NCBI GenBank assembly: GCA_023953695.1
Contig: JAMLJG010000015.1
Location: 2,756 to 66,755 of the forward strand
From: Kiritimatiellia bacterium
GTDB lineage: Bacteria > Verrucomicrobiota > Kiritimatiellia > CAIVKH01
Direction of reading: 5' to 3'
DNA: 64,000 nt
Part shown: piece after piece, positions 1-11,345 of the stretch
Position numbering within the stretch: the first letter of the stretch is position 1
Layout: each line of letters begins with the position of its first letter
Made by a program: the position numbers and the translations under genes
Notes under the pieces: generated by a model
Told to the model about the DNA's origin: nothing
Seen by the model: only the letters and a program-made list of their open reading frames with translations
The model's database searches: none

Positions 1-17
1 TCATCAACCATTCTCCA

Positions 18-1469
18 TCAGCCAACGCTGTGTTCCAATTTCAGTTCGAGCAGCTTGATCGCCTCGACTGAAAACTCCAGCGGCAGCTCCTTGAACACAT
101 CTTTACAAAACCCGTTCACAATGAGCGAAGTCGCGCTCTCTTCATCAATCCCGCGACTCTGCACATAGAACAACTGTTCTTCGCTGATCTTCGATGTGGT
201 CGCCTCATGCTCAATAATTGCAGTGCTCGTCTCGGCTTCAATCACCGGATAGGTATTCGCCGAACACGTGTCGCCAATCAGCATCGAATCGCAGCAGGTG
301 TGATTGCGCGCGTTGAGCGCCGAAGGCAAGACACGGACCAACCCTCGATAGGAATTGGCGGACTCACCCGCCGAGATTCCCTTCGAAATGATCGTGCTGC
401 TCGTGTTCTTTCCGATATGCACCATCTTCGTGCCGGTATCCGCCTGCATCTTCTTGTTGGTGAACGCCACGGAATAGAACTCGCCGACGGAGTTGTCGCC
501 TTCGAGGATCACACTCGGATATTTCCAGGTGATCGCCGCGCCGACTTCCACTTGCGTCCACGAAATCTTCGAGTTCGCGCCGCGGCAATGTCCGCGCTTG
601 GTCACGAAATTGTAGATGCCTCCCTGCCCATTCTCGTCGCCCGCATACCAGTTCTGCACAGTGGAATACTTGATCTGCGCGCCTTCCAGCGCGATCAGTT
701 CGACCACCGCCGCGTGCAACTGATTGTTATCGCGCTGCGGAGCGGTGCAACCCTCAATGTAAGACACATAGGCCCCCTCTTCCGCAACGATCAGCGTGCG
801 TTCAAACTGACCCGTATCGCGCGCGTTGATTCGGAAGTAGGTGGAGAGTTCAACGGGGCAGCGCACGCCCTTGGGAATGAAACAGAACGATCCGTCGCTG
901 AAGACGGCTGAGTTCAGTGCCGCATAAAAGTTGTCGCCCGGCGGCACCACTGTTCCGAGGTACTTGCGCACGAGATCGGGGTGATGCTGCAGCGCTTCGG
1001 ACATGGAGCAAAAGATGATGCCCTTTTCAGCCAGCATCTCGCGATGCGTGGTTGCAATAGACATGCTATCGAACACCGCGTCCACGGCGACGCCTGCCAA
1101 GTGGTTGCGCTCTTCGATCGGAATGCCCAACTTCTCAAAGGTCTTGGCCAACTCAGGATCCACCTCGCCACCCGACTTCAGAGTGTTCTTCGGCGCCGAA
1201 TAGTAACGAATGTCTTGATAGTCGATCGGCGGATATTGAACTTTGGCCCAGCGTGGATATTCCTTTTTCTGCCAGCGCCGAAACGCCTTCAGGCGCCACT
1301 CGGTCATCCACTCAGGCTCTTTCTTCTTCGCCGAAATGGCGCGGACAATGTCCTCGTTCAACCCTTTCGGTAGTTCGTCGGCCTCGACATCGGAGACGAA
1401 GCCGTACTTGTACTCCTGCACAAGTGCGCTGTCGGTCTCCAGTTTGAATGTTGTGTCTGTATCGCTCAT
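18..1469 (-). CDS. sufB: Fe-S cluster assembly protein SufB
   Basis: The translated ORF matches SufB end to end, including the conserved [14 protein letters not shown]-like N-region and the long SufB/SufD core. The likely start is the internal Met (MSDTDT...) at 1469, with GAGGAA 5 nt upstream and no overlap with sufC. The listed ORF extends to 1541. Confidence 0.9.
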   Translation of the reverse strand: MSDTDTTFKLETDSALVQEYKYGFVSDVEADELPKGLNEDIVRAISAKKKEPEWMTEWRLKAFRRWQKKEYPRWAKVQYPPIDYQDIRYYSAPKNTLKSGGEVDPELAKTFEKLGIPIEERNHLAGVAVDAVFDSMSIATTHREMLAEKGIIFCSMSEALQHHPDLVRKYLGTVVPPGDNFYAALNSAVFSDGSFCFIPKGVRCPVELSTYFRINARDTGQFERTLIVAEEGAYVSYIEGCTAPQRDNNQLHAAVVELIALEGAQIKYSTVQNWYAGDENGQGGIYNFVTKRGHCRGANSKISWTQVEVGAAITWKYPSVILEGDNSVGEFYSVAFTNKKMQADTGTKMVHIGKNTSSTIISKGISAGESANSYRGLVRVLPSALNARNHTCCDSMLIGDTCSANTYPVIEAETSTAIIEHEATTSKISEEQLFYVQSRGIDEESATSLIVNGFCKDVFKELPLEFSVEAIKLLELKLEHSVG

Positions 1470-1501
1470 GAATTTCCTCGTCAGCTCATTCCGCTCTGGG
1501 C

Positions 1502-2275
1502 TCAGACGAGCACTTCCTTGCCAAACTTCTCGCGAATCCAATCGTATCCGTTCTTTTCCACTTCCTTCACCAAGTCGGGTCCGCCTGACATCGCGACCTG
1601 ACCGTCAATCAACACATGGAGATGAGACGGCGCAATATAGCGCAGAATGCGCTCGTAGTGCGTGATCACCAAGAGCCCGAAATTCGGACCCACCATTCGG
1701 TTCACACCCTTGGAAACGATGCGCAGCGCATCAATATCGAGACCGGAGTCGGTTTCATCCATCACGGCCAAGACGGGTTTCAACGTCAACATTTGCAATA
1801 TCTCCATGCGCTTCTTCTCGCCGCCGGAGAAACCGTCGTTGAGAAAACGATTGATGAAGGCTTCGCTCATCTCGAGGAACTTCATATCTTCACGCAATTG
1901 TTTGATAAACTGCGCCGGCTTGATCGTTCCCTGCCCGAATCGAGCGTCGGCCGCGCTTTTCAGAAATTTCGCGACGCTGATGCCGGGAATGGCTACGGGA
2001 TATTGAAACGCGAGAAACAAGCCCAACCGCGCGCGCGCATCGGGATCCAATTCCAGAATGTTCTGCCCTTGGAAGATCACCTCGCCATCCGTCACCTCAT
2101 AGGCCGGATGCCCCATAATGACGTTGGAAAGAGTGCTTTTGCCCGATCCATTCGGCCCCATCAGCGCATGCGTCTCGCCCGGCAGAATGGTCAGGTTCAC
2201 GCCTTTCAGAATCGCCTTGTCTTCCGTCTTCGCGTGCAGGTTGCGAATTTCAAAAAATGGAGTTTTCTCGCTCAT
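1502..2275 (-). CDS. sufC: Fe-S cluster assembly ATPase SufC
   Basis: ABC ATPase with Walker [10 protein letters not shown] and the signature/Walker B FSGGEKKR...[12 protein letters not shown]. The N-terminus is typical of SufC and the gene sits directly upstream of sufB. Confidence 0.9.
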   Translation of the reverse strand: MSEKTPFFEIRNLHAKTEDKAILKGVNLTILPGETHALMGPNGSGKSTLSNVIMGHPAYEVTDGEVIFQGQNILELDPDARARLGLFLAFQYPVAIPGISVAKFLKSAADARFGQGTIKPAQFIKQLREDMKFLEMSEAFINRFLNDGFSGGEKKRMEILQMLTLKPVLAVMDETDSGLDIDALRIVSKGVNRMVGPNFGLLVITHYERILRYIAPSHLHVLIDGQVAMSGGPDLVKEVEKNGYDWIREKFGKEVLV

Positions 2276-2312
2276 ATTCTTCTCTGGTTCCTACTGTAGT
2301 TATCCTTGCTTC

Positions 2313-2683
2313 CTAAACATCAAAGCCCAATTCAAGGCGCGCCTCTTCACTCATTTGCTCGGGTCCCCACGGCGGCTCCCACACCAAGGTCACCTTCGCA
2401 TCGGCAATACCCTTCATATTCAAGCAGGTGTCCTTCACCTGGTGAATCAAATAGGGGCCATAAGGACAACCCGGCGATGTCAGCGTCATGTGGACCGAAA
2501 TGGTTTCACCTGAGACATGCACATCATAGATCAGACCGAGATCAACGATATTGATATGAAGATCGGGGTCAATCACGACGCGCAGCGCTTCTCGCACTTG
2601 ATCGGAACTCCAGGCAATCGCATCACCCGGCATAGAACCGTCGGCATCGGGTTGTGGCGGGGTGGGCTGTTCTTCGTTCATTG
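2313..2683 (-). CDS. SufT-like Fe-S assembly protein (DUF59/MIP18 family)
   Basis: The C-terminal 100 aa (VREALRVVIDPDL..NIVDLGLIYDV..TSPGCP) match the DUF59/MIP18 fold. The probable start is the internal MNEEQ, which abuts the stop of the upstream Rrf2 gene. The gene lies within the suf locus. Confidence 0.65.
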
Positions 2684-3103
2684 CGCGTTCTCCAGAGCGG
2701 ATGGGGTTCGGAATGAGGTCAGTGAAATGTTGTAAATGAAGCGGACCAATTGTGCATGGATGTGTTGGATCGGCTCTTTGATTATACATGCGTGGAGCTG
2801 TGGGCAACGATCAGGCTGCTCGTGACAGTCGGTCAGAAGGATCGGTCCTTCCACCGCCTCAATCACCGCCCCCAAGTTCATACGATCCAGCGGTTGATGC
2901 AGGCGATAGCCCCCCCTCGCGCCCGGCATTGACACGAGCAGCGACGCGCGCGCCAGCGATTGCATCACCTTTCCTAGAAGTTCCGCCGGAATCGAGTAGC
3001 GGTCAGCAATCCCCTTGGCCGTAGCCCACTCGCTCGCAGGCAAATCGGACATGTGCAGGATTGCCATCAACCCATACTCAACTCTCTTGCTCAACATCAA
3101 CAC
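2678..3103 (-). CDS. Rrf2-family transcriptional regulator (IscR/SufR-like, putative [Fe-S] sensor)
   Basis: N-terminal winged-HTH of the Rrf2 type (SKRVEYGLMAILHMS). Three cysteines spaced C-x6-C-x5-C resemble the IscR cluster ligands. It is the first gene of the suf operon. Confidence 0.75.
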   Translation of the reverse strand: MLMLSKRVEYGLMAILHMSDLPASEWATAKGIADRYSIPAELLGKVMQSLARASLLVSMPGARGGYRLHQPLDRMNLGAVIEAVEGPILLTDCHEQPDRCPQLHACIIKEPIQHIHAQLVRFIYNISLTSFRTPSALENAQ

Positions 3104-3266
3104 AGCAAAAAACCGACCTTTTCTGTCGCCTTTTAGACCAAATAAATAGGCAGTCGCAACTGCCGAGACACAGGTAATCTACCGATGAAAGTTGGAATGT
3201 CAATTGCACCAGCGCGCAAATGGCGACGGCGGCGGGAAGGCCCTCCGTCGCGCATGATCGAAAGCG

Positions 3267-3902
3267 TCAATGCGCGATTCGATCCCACGACAGCAAGTCG
3301 TCGCTCGTTTCCGATTTGCGGTCCGGTCCGAGCGACCAAATCAGCGCGCCAGCGCCCAAAACGCGACCATAAATGCTATTCTCGATCGTGACTGCCCCAT
3401 CGTAGTTGCTATCGAGCGCGATCTGATAAGGCGATCCCCACGGATCCAGAAATTCATCGCTGTCATTCAGCCCCGAGAACCCCTTCTGATAGCGCTCTAT
3501 TTCAATGAAGATCATGTGCTGCGGATTCAACCGGGACTCCCGATCCAGCGCATTGGCGTCCGACCGCAAAATTCGCATCAGCACGGCATTAGGTCTGCGG
3601 GCGCCATAGCGGATATCCGCCGCGCCGGGCGACGACTCCGAAGGCCATGTTCCGTATTCACGCTGATATCGCGAGATCGCCGCTTGCATGGCGCGGATAT
3701 CGCTCCGCGCCATAGCGAGCCGATTGTGCCGACGCCATGCCTCCCATGCAGGGAAAAATATTGCCAACAGCAGCGTCAACACGCCAATCAAAACACCCCA
3801 CTCTGGAAGCGAAATCGCAAACGGCGACGCATTGCGCAAACGCGGCAACTCAGGTTTCTGCGCACTCTCGCCGGCTTGTGGAGGCGCCACAGAGCCACCC
3901 AT
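3267..3902 (-). CDS. GspG/PulG-like pseudopilin (type II secretion / type IV pilin-like) with atypical leader
   Basis: One N-terminal hydrophobic helix (WGVLIGVLTLLLAIFFPAW) is followed by the GspG-type periplasmic domain (AMQAAISRYQREYGTWP ... DPWGSPYQIAL). The leader lacks the canonical G|FTLIE; the nearest match is FA|ISLPEW with Glu at +5. The start is 3 nt after the gspF/pilC stop. Confidence 0.55.
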   Translation of the reverse strand: MGGSVAPPQAGESAQKPELPRLRNASPFAISLPEWGVLIGVLTLLLAIFFPAWEAWRRHNRLAMARSDIRAMQAAISRYQREYGTWPSESSPGAADIRYGARRPNAVLMRILRSDANALDRESRLNPQHMIFIEIERYQKGFSGLNDSDEFLDPWGSPYQIALDSNYDGAVTIENSIYGRVLGAGALIWSLGPDRKSETSDDLLSWDRIAH

Positions 3903-3905
3903 CCT

Positions 3906-5210
3906 TTAGCTCAACTTGCCGATAATGGAGATGAGCGGAAGGAATAGTGCGATGACGATTGTACCTACGACCAGTGCCAAGAAGACGATTAACAACGGCT
4001 CGATAACCGATGTCAGCCCAGCGACCGCGTTATCCACTTCATCGTCATACGTGTCCGCAATTTTCATCAGCATCTCGGGCAATTCGCCGGTTTCTTCGCC
4101 GACTTGCACCATGCTGATCACCATCGGCGGAAATACCTTTGTCGCCTCAATCGGCGGCGCCATATTTTCGCCCTCTTTCACCGCATCGTGCACGCTGGAG
4201 ACCGCTCGCGCCAACACTTCATTTCCCGCTGTGTCGCGCACAATATTGAGGGCCTGCAGAACCGGCACACCGGACGACATCAGCGTACCCAGTGTACGGG
4301 TAAAGCGACCGACCGCCGTCTTCTTTGCGAGCGGGCCGAACACGGGCGCGTTGAGCTTGAAGCGATCAATCCACAATGCGCCAGCGCGCGTTTTGGCCGC
4401 CACTTTTAGAACAATAATAACGACAACGACGATCAGCGCCACCAGCAGGATTCCCGGCACCTTCACAAACCCGAGATCCACCATGCCCGCGACCGACGAA
4501 CTGATTCCCATGACGAATTGCGTCAACCCCGGCAAAGCGGCGCCTTCGAGCAATTCGGAAAATATCTCTTTGAATTTCGGAATGATGAAGACCATCAAGA
4601 AAATCAAAATACCGACCGCCATCACCATGACGACAATCGGATACACCATCGCGCTGGTGACCTTGTTCTTGATCTTCTGCGCTTTCTCCATAAATTCCGC
4701 GAGACGGATCAAGACTTTGTCCAAAATGCCGCCGACTTCACCCGCCTTGGCCATATTGACATACAGCTTGTTGAAAATGCGCGGGTGCTGGGCGAGCGCC
4801 TCGGCAAACGTGCTCCCCGTCTGAATGGAATCCGCCATTTCGCGGAGCGCTTTACGAAGCAAGGGGTTCCGCTCCTGCTTCTCCAGCACCTCCAGACTGC
4901 GTACAAGCGGGAGACCGGCATCAACAAGGGTCGCGAGTTGCCGCGTGAAAACCATCAATTCTTTGGGTTTCACGCTTTGCAGAAAGGACGGCAACTTGAG
5001 CTCAATATTCTTGCTCAACGCCCCGCCCTTTTTCGCCGAGCCACGCCCGCCTGATGGTCGTCGAGCCTTGGCTCCGCCTTCCGTCACGCTGGTGGGAAAA
5101 AGCCCTTTCTCACGGATGCGCGCCACGGCGGCATTCTGCGACTCCGCCTCAACTTCTCCTTGGCTTTCGCGCCCGCGCGCATCCATCGCGACATATTGAT
5201 ACTTAGCCAT
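3906..5210 (-). CDS. type II secretion / type IV pilus inner-membrane platform protein (GspF/PilC family)
   Basis: Two T2SSF repeats, each with three predicted TM helices, and the conserved FTRQLATLVDAGLPLVRSL-type motif. Length and architecture are typical. Confidence 0.9.
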   Translation of the reverse strand: MAKYQYVAMDARGRESQGEVEAESQNAAVARIREKGLFPTSVTEGGAKARRPSGGRGSAKKGGALSKNIELKLPSFLQSVKPKELMVFTRQLATLVDAGLPLVRSLEVLEKQERNPLLRKALREMADSIQTGSTFAEALAQHPRIFNKLYVNMAKAGEVGGILDKVLIRLAEFMEKAQKIKNKVTSAMVYPIVVMVMAVGILIFLMVFIIPKFKEIFSELLEGAALPGLTQFVMGISSSVAGMVDLGFVKVPGILLVALIVVVVIIVLKVAAKTRAGALWIDRFKLNAPVFGPLAKKTAVGRFTRTLGTLMSSGVPVLQALNIVRDTAGNEVLARAVSSVHDAVKEGENMAPPIEATKVFPPMVISMVQVGEETGELPEMLMKIADTYDDEVDNAVAGLTSVIEPLLIVFLALVVGTIVIALFLPLISIIGKLS

Positions 5211-5308
5211 TCTTCAATTCCAACTCTCTGGTCGTCACTCTAGCTGAACTCTCGACTCTTTTGCAAGAATGCAAACCTCGTGCCGCGAGCTTTCGCTCCG
5301 CGAACAGC

Positions 5309-7021
5309 TCACGTGTACTTCAGAACTTCTTCCACCGTGGTGAATCCATCCAAAATGCAGCGAATGCCATCTTGCCGCAGGGTGCGCATTCCAAGCTCCA
5401 TCGCTTTGTCGCGAATGACAATCGTCGGCTTACGCTCGTTGATCAAATCGCGGATCGGGTCGCTAACGCGCAAGTATTCATAAATGCCGCGGCGACCTTT
5501 GTAGCCCGTCTCATTGCAACGCAGGCACCCGCTGCCGTGGTAGAACGGCCGATCCTGAACCTGCTCCTGCGAGAGGCCGAGAAGCTCCAAAACATCTTTT
5601 TCGGGCTGATAGGGCTGTTTGCACTCCTGGCAAATCGTTCTCACAAGTCGCTGGGCCAGCACGCCTTCTAGCGTGGAGGAGATGAGGAACGGCTCCACCC
5701 CCATGTCAATGAGTCGGGTGACCGCGCCCGCTGCGTCGTTGGTGTGGAGGGTGGAGAACACCAAGTGACCTGTCAGCGACGCCTGAACGGCGATTTCCGC
5801 CGTCTCTTTGTCGCGAATTTCACCGATCATGATGATATCCGGGTCTTGGCGCAGAAACGCACGCAACACGCGCGCAAAGGTCAGTCCGATAGCTTCGTGG
5901 ACGGGAATCTGGATAATCCCCTCAATGTCATACTCAACCGGCTCTTCCGCCGTGAGCAACTTGGAATCAATGGTATTCAGCCGGCGCAGAGCCGAATAGA
6001 GCGTGGTGGTCTTGCCGGAACCCGTGGGTCCCGTGACAACCACAATGCCATTGGGTTTATCAATATCGAAGCAGAAGGAGTTGAATACATCCTCGGGCAT
6101 CCCGAGGTTCTGAAGATCCAACTGAATCGAGCTGCGGTCCAACACGCGCAACACCACACTTTCGCCAAACTGCGTCGGCAGCGTCGAAACGCGGAAGTCA
6201 ATCTGCTTCCCGCCCACCGGCATCTGAATGCGGCCGTCCTGCGGCAGTCGTCGCTCGGCGATGTTCAGACCCGAAATAACCTTGATTCGAGAGATGACCG
6301 GCAGCGCCAAATGCTTTGGCGGCGGCGCCATTTCATACAGCGCACCATCCACGCGATAGCGAATCTTGAACTCATTCTCGAACGGCTCGAAATGGATATC
6401 GGATGCGCGATCTTTGACGGCCTGAAAGAGGACCAAGTTCACAAAGCGAATCACCGGCGCCTGGTTGGCCATTTCCTCGATTTCGGCCGTCTGATCCGCG
6501 CCTCCGGGGCGAATGGTGGCCTCGCCGACGTGCTCAAGTTCGCTCTCGAGCTCGGAAAGCATGTCGTTTACAGAGTCACTCGTATCGCCATACTGCTGAC
6601 TGAGCACCGCACGAATGTGCTCTTCCGAAGCAACGACAAAGGACACATCGCGCGTCAACACGAAGTTGAGCTCATCCACAAGCTGCGGACTCAATAGGTC
6701 GTAGGTCGCCAACACCACAGAGTGAGCATCCGCTTCAACCGGCACCACGTTATACATGCGCGCCACGCTGCCCGGGATGGACTTGAGGACGGATGGAGAC
6801 AGATCAGAGTGCAGCAGATCCACCACCGTGGACCCGAGATGCGTCGCAATCGCCTGCAACAGATCGGCCTCGCTGATAATATCCATCGCAATCAGCGTGT
6901 CGCGCACAGGTTTCCCTGTTCGCTCGCGCTCGTCCACAACTTCCTCCGCCTGTTGCTGGGTGATGAGCCCATCCTCAACAAGTTGGAGAAGCAAGGGATC
7001 GTTGAAATCTGATTCCGTCAT
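5309..7021 (-). CDS. GspE/PilB-family secretion ATPase (paralog 2)
   Basis: N-terminal GspE_N/MshEN-like domain, Walker [14 protein letters not shown], Asp and His boxes, and a C-terminal tetracysteine (CQEC...CLRC). Confidence 0.9.
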   Translation of the reverse strand: MTESDFNDPLLLQLVEDGLITQQQAEEVVDERERTGKPVRDTLIAMDIISEADLLQAIATHLGSTVVDLLHSDLSPSVLKSIPGSVARMYNVVPVEADAHSVVLATYDLLSPQLVDELNFVLTRDVSFVVASEEHIRAVLSQQYGDTSDSVNDMLSELESELEHVGEATIRPGGADQTAEIEEMANQAPVIRFVNLVLFQAVKDRASDIHFEPFENEFKIRYRVDGALYEMAPPPKHLALPVISRIKVISGLNIAERRLPQDGRIQMPVGGKQIDFRVSTLPTQFGESVVLRVLDRSSIQLDLQNLGMPEDVFNSFCFDIDKPNGIVVVTGPTGSGKTTTLYSALRRLNTIDSKLLTAEEPVEYDIEGIIQIPVHEAIGLTFARVLRAFLRQDPDIIMIGEIRDKETAEIAVQASLTGHLVFSTLHTNDAAGAVTRLIDMGVEPFLISSTLEGVLAQRLVRTICQECKQPYQPEKDVLELLGLSQEQVQDRPFYHGSGCLRCNETGYKGRRGIYEYLRVSDPIRDLINERKPTIVIRDKAMELGMRTLRQDGIRCILDGFTTVEEVLKYT

Positions 7022-7032
7022 GACGATTCTGC

Positions 7033-8121
7033 CTAGCGACGGCCCCTCGGTTGAATTTTTTGCACCGTTGTATCCACGTCTTGCGCGCTGGTGATAACCT
7101 CTTCGTAGCCAATAATTCCGTGCTCGAATAAATCCACCAAATGGTCGTCGAGCGTCATCATTCCGAATTTGGCGCCCGTTTGGATATCGGAGGTGATGCG
7201 GAAGGTCTTGTTGTCGCGAATCAGCGAACGGATCGCGGGCGTCGCGACCATGATTTCAAATGCGGCCACGCGACCGGGGCGATCGTTTCGCACCAGAAGC
7301 AACTGAGAAATAACGGCTTCCAAACTCGATGCAAGCTGCGTGCGCACCTGGTTCTGCTGCTCCATCGGGAACGCGTCCACAATGCGATCCACGGTGCGCG
7401 CCGCGCCCGTGGTGTGCAATGTGGCAAAAACAAGGTGTCCCGTTTCGGCCGCGGTGATAGCCGCCTGGATGGTCTCCAAGTCGCGCATTTCGCCGACGAG
7501 GATCACATCCGGATCCTGTCGCAAGCCGCGTTTGAGCGCCTCTCCAAACCCCGGCACATCCACCCCCACCTCACGCTGCGTGATTACACTCTTCTTGTGA
7601 GGATGATAGTATTCGATCGGGTCTTCCACCGTGATGATGTGCACATCGCGAGTCTCGTTAATCACATTAATCATGCTCGCGAGCGTCGTCGTTTTCCCCG
7701 AACCCGTGGGCCCGGTGACGAGTATCAGCCCGCGCGGCTTGTACAACAATTCCTTGAGGCCTGGCGGCAACCCAATCTCTTCCAAGGACAAAAGGCGCGA
7801 TGGGATCAATCGCAGGACAATCCCGATCATCCCCTTTTGCCGAAACACACTCACACGGAAACGACCGCGATCGTGGTGTCCAAATCCAAAGTCCGTGCCT
7901 CCGTTTTCAGCCAGCCGCTTCTGATGCTCCGGCGGCGTGAACGATTTCATCAACCGCTCGGTATCCTCCGCCTTAAGCGGATCCGTATCAATCGGCTGTA
8001 GGCGCCCGTGCAGACGCAAGACAGGCGGAAGCCCAACGCCAATGTGCAAGTCTGAGGCCCCCTCCTCAATCACGAGATCGAGCAAGTCGCTCATTTGCAA
8101 CTCTGCTGCGCGCAAGCTCAT
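7033..8121 (-). CDS. pilT: PilT-family twitching-motility / retraction ATPase
   Basis: About 360 aa with no N-terminal GspE_N domain. Walker [14 protein letters not shown] and PilT-type signatures are present ([22 protein letters not shown]). Its start codon overlaps the stop of the upstream pilB-like gene at 8121. Confidence 0.85.
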   Translation of the reverse strand: MSLRAAELQMSDLLDLVIEEGASDLHIGVGLPPVLRLHGRLQPIDTDPLKAEDTERLMKSFTPPEHQKRLAENGGTDFGFGHHDRGRFRVSVFRQKGMIGIVLRLIPSRLLSLEEIGLPPGLKELLYKPRGLILVTGPTGSGKTTTLASMINVINETRDVHIITVEDPIEYYHPHKKSVITQREVGVDVPGFGEALKRGLRQDPDVILVGEMRDLETIQAAITAAETGHLVFATLHTTGAARTVDRIVDAFPMEQQNQVRTQLASSLEAVISQLLLVRNDRPGRVAAFEIMVATPAIRSLIRDNKTFRITSDIQTGAKFGMMTLDDHLVDLFEHGIIGYEEVITSAQDVDTTVQKIQPRGRR

Positions 8122-9830
8122 CAGTTCGAATCCCCCATCGTGGTGCGAACCACTTCCTCAAGGGTCGTCTGCCCCGCAATCACCTTGCGAATTCCATCCT
8201 CGCGCAGGGTGCGCATCCCCAACTCGCGCGCCCGCGCTCGAAGATGCGACGCCGACACACGTTCGTAGATCATGTGGCGCACTTCATCGTTGATCAGGAA
8301 AATCTCGAAAATGCCTATGCGCCCGCGATACCCCGTTTGTTTGCACTCCGAACACCCGCGCCCGCGGAACAACTGCACCGCCTCCAACTTGCCCGCCAGA
8401 CCGCCGAATGTTCGCAGCTCGGCATCGGTCGGTTTGACGGATTCTTTGCAGCGCTCGCATATTTTCCGAACCAATCGCTGCGCCATAATCGCGCGCGTGG
8501 AAGAGGCGACCAGGAAGGGTTTGACACCAATATCAATCAAACGGGTCACAGCGCTTGGAGCGTCGTTCGTATGCAGCGTGCTGAAAACCAAGTGGCCCGT
8601 TAGTGACGCATTAACGGCGATCTCCGCCGTTTCCAAGTCGCGGATTTCACCGATCATGATGATGTTCGGCGCTTGCCGCAAAATCGAGCGAAGGGCCGCG
8701 CCGAAGGTCAACCCGATGTCCGAGCGGACATGCACCTGGTTGATTCCGGTCATTTGATACTCAACCGGATCTTCCACCGTGATAATCTTGCGATCCGGCT
8801 TGTTGATATGGTTCAAGCACGCATACAGGGTCGTCGTCTTCCCTGAGCCCGTCGGCCCGGTGACGAGAATGATGCCGTCTGACAACCCTATCAAGCGCTC
8901 GAAGGTCTGTTGATCGTCCGAGAAGAAGCCCAATTTCGGAAGGCCCAGCGAGAGGCTCTCCTTGTCCAGAATACGCATGACGATCGTCTCGCCGTGATTG
9001 CACGGAACCGACGACACACGCAGGTCCAAATCGCGCCCCATCACATTGATCTGAATGCGCCCGTCCTGAGGCAAACGCTTTTCCGCGATACTCATGTTTG
9101 CCATGATTTTCACGCGGCTGATGATTGCAGATTGAAGCCGTTTCGGCGGGCTCTCGACCTCATGCAAGACGCCGTCAATGCGATAGCGCACGCGGAACTT
9201 GCGCTCCAAGGGCTCCAAATGAATGTCTGATGCCCGGCTGCGAAACGCCTCGAGAATGATCAAGCTCACCAACTTGATGATCGGCGCGTCGGCGTCGGTC
9301 ACCTCATCTTCACCCTCGAGCTTCGGCGTCCCCTCGCCCGGTGCCTGTATGGATCCCTCCGTCAGCTCATCGAGCATGGAGGCGACCGTGCTCCCTGTAG
9401 CAGGATACATACGGCTCAGCGCGGCTTCGATTTCCTCCGGAATCGCCACCACACCGGCTACATCGCAGCGCAACACGTAGCGCAGACTGTCCAGCGTCTC
9501 CACATCCAGCGGATCGCTCAAAGCGACGGTGATCGTGGACTCTGTGCGATAGACGGGGATGATATGGTAGCGGCGAGCGACTTCGCCAGGAACCAAGTCC
9601 ACCACTTCTTGGTCAAATTCCAAGCCGGATAGACTGACAAACTCCATCCCGAATTGATTGGCCAGTGCCTTCAGTATGTCGGATTTCGTAGCGAATTTGC
9701 GCTCTGCAAGGACATCTATAACAGTCGTGTCAGCGTCCTGAGCGATCTGTAGCGCCTCTGCACCCTGCTGGTGAGTGATCAGGCCAACACTTTCCAGGAT
9801 TTCAATTACGTATTCGTCGTTTGCAGTCAC
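8121..9830 (-). CDS. GspE/PilB-family secretion ATPase (paralog 1)
   Basis: GspE_N domain, Walker [14 protein letters not shown] and a C-terminal zinc-finger-like CERC...CSEC. Same architecture as paralog 2. Confidence 0.9.
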   Translation of the reverse strand: MTANDEYVIEILESVGLITHQQGAEALQIAQDADTTVIDVLAERKFATKSDILKALANQFGMEFVSLSGLEFDQEVVDLVPGEVARRYHIIPVYRTESTITVALSDPLDVETLDSLRYVLRCDVAGVVAIPEEIEAALSRMYPATGSTVASMLDELTEGSIQAPGEGTPKLEGEDEVTDADAPIIKLVSLIILEAFRSRASDIHLEPLERKFRVRYRIDGVLHEVESPPKRLQSAIISRVKIMANMSIAEKRLPQDGRIQINVMGRDLDLRVSSVPCNHGETIVMRILDKESLSLGLPKLGFFSDDQQTFERLIGLSDGIILVTGPTGSGKTTTLYACLNHINKPDRKIITVEDPVEYQMTGINQVHVRSDIGLTFGAALRSILRQAPNIIMIGEIRDLETAEIAVNASLTGHLVFSTLHTNDAPSAVTRLIDIGVKPFLVASSTRAIMAQRLVRKICERCKESVKPTDAELRTFGGLAGKLEAVQLFRGRGCSECKQTGYRGRIGIFEIFLINDEVRHMIYERVSASHLRARARELGMRTLREDGIRKVIAGQTTLEEVVRTTMGDSN

Positions 9831-9910
9831 GTGTACATCAAAAGCGAAGATAAATGCGCGTACTGCGATTCAGCCTAGCGCGCACCCTTCGCGATGTCAA
9901 CGAGCGCTCT

Positions 9911-11344
9911 TCAGCCAAGTTGCTTTTTTAGCAACTCGCGAACGAGCTGGGGGTTGGCCTTCCCCCGACTCAAACGCATGACTTGCCCCACCAGAAACTC
10001 GAATGCGGCAGGCTTCCCCGCCTGATAATCGGCCACCGACTTGGGATTGGCAGAAATGGCCTGCGCGGCAAATGCCTCCAGCGCACCGGTATCACTCACC
10101 TGCGCCAAGCCGCGTTGTTTGACAATCGCTTCCGGCTCACCCCCTTCTGCCAATACAAGGGCAAGCACCTCCTTGGCGGTCGGCCCGTTGATGACTTTCT
10201 TCTCCACCAACTGCAAGAGCGATGCCAACGCCGCTGGCGTGATGCGCAACGAGTGAATCGAAGCGCCCGTTTCCGAGACGCGCGCCAACAGTTCAGTCAT
10301 GATCCAATTCGATGCGGCCTTCGCCGGCGCGCCAGCCTGTAGCGCGGCCTCGAAAAAGTCGGCGACCTCTTTATCGGCAACCAACACCCCCGCATCATAT
10401 TCCGGCAGCCCATGCGCCTGCACCAATCGCGCGCGCCGCGCAACGGGCAGCTCCGGCAATTCCGCCCGCCAACGGGCGACTTCCTCTTCCGTCAATTGCA
10501 CCGGCGGCAAATCGGGCTCGGGGAAATAGCGATAGTCGTGCGCGTCTTCCTTGCCGCGCATCGCTTCCGTCCGGCCCGAAGCCTCGTCCCACCGGCGCGT
10601 CTCTTGAACAATCGAACGCCCGCGCTCAAGTTCGCGAATCTGACGCGGAATCTCGTGCTGCAGCGCTCGGAACACACCGCGAAAGGTGTTCATGTTCTTC
10701 AACTCGGTCTTGGTTCCCAAGCGCTCAGCGCCAACTTGGCGAACGCTGCAGTTGATGTCGCAGCGGATATTCCCCTGCTCCAAATTACAATCGCTCACTT
10801 CACCATATTGCAGCACCTGCTTGAGGGCCTGCAAAAAGGCCAGAGCCTCCTCCGGCGTGTGCAAATCCGGCTCGGTCACAATCTCCATCAGCGGCGTGCC
10901 GGCACGGTTGAAATCCACGCCGCTGTCCGATCCGAAATGGATATTCTTCGCGACATCTTCCTCCAGATGAATGCGCGTAATCCCAATGCGCCGCGTCTGC
11001 CCATCCACCACAATATCCAAATGCCCGCCGATGCACAGCGGCTCATCATATTGTGTGATCTGATAGTTCTTCGACACATCCGGATAGAAGTAATTCTTCC
11101 GATCGAACTTGCTGCGCAGTCCAATCGTGGAGTCCAACAGCATCCCCGAGCGCACGGTCAATCGAATGGCGTCTGCATTCGCCACCGGCAACGTGCCTGG
11201 ATACCCGAGGCAGGTCGGGCAAACGTGGGTGTTGGGCTCCGCGCCAAAGGCGTTGGGGCACCCGCAAAACATTTTCGTGCGCGTGCGCAGTTGCACATGG
11301 ATCTCAAGGCCGATATCAGCTTGCCAGGACATGATGCTGCTCAC
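9911..11344 (-). CDS. gatB: Asp-tRNA(Asn)/Glu-tRNA(Gln) amidotransferase subunit B
   Basis: Full-length GatB match: IGLEIHVQL start, the GatB/GatE catalytic core and the C-terminal YqeY/GatB domain. Confidence 0.95.
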   Translation of the reverse strand: MSSIMSWQADIGLEIHVQLRTRTKMFCGCPNAFGAEPNTHVCPTCLGYPGTLPVANADAIRLTVRSGMLLDSTIGLRSKFDRKNYFYPDVSKNYQITQYDEPLCIGGHLDIVVDGQTRRIGITRIHLEEDVAKNIHFGSDSGVDFNRAGTPLMEIVTEPDLHTPEEALAFLQALKQVLQYGEVSDCNLEQGNIRCDINCSVRQVGAERLGTKTELKNMNTFRGVFRALQHEIPRQIRELERGRSIVQETRRWDEASGRTEAMRGKEDAHDYRYFPEPDLPPVQLTEEEVARWRAELPELPVARRARLVQAHGLPEYDAGVLVADKEVADFFEAALQAGAPAKAASNWIMTELLARVSETGASIHSLRITPAALASLLQLVEKKVINGPTAKEVLALVLAEGGEPEAIVKQRGLAQVSDTGALEAFAAQAISANPKSVADYQAGKPAAFEFLVGQVMRLSRGKANPQLVRELLKKQLG

Positions 11345-11345
11345 C

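Noticed and set aside
207-911. 234-aa ORF antisense to sufB, and many similar 60-200 aa antisense or alternate-frame ORFs throughout the table
   Set aside because: High GC suppresses stop codons in non-coding frames. None shows a recognisable motif, and all overlap confidently assigned genes on the other strand or frame.
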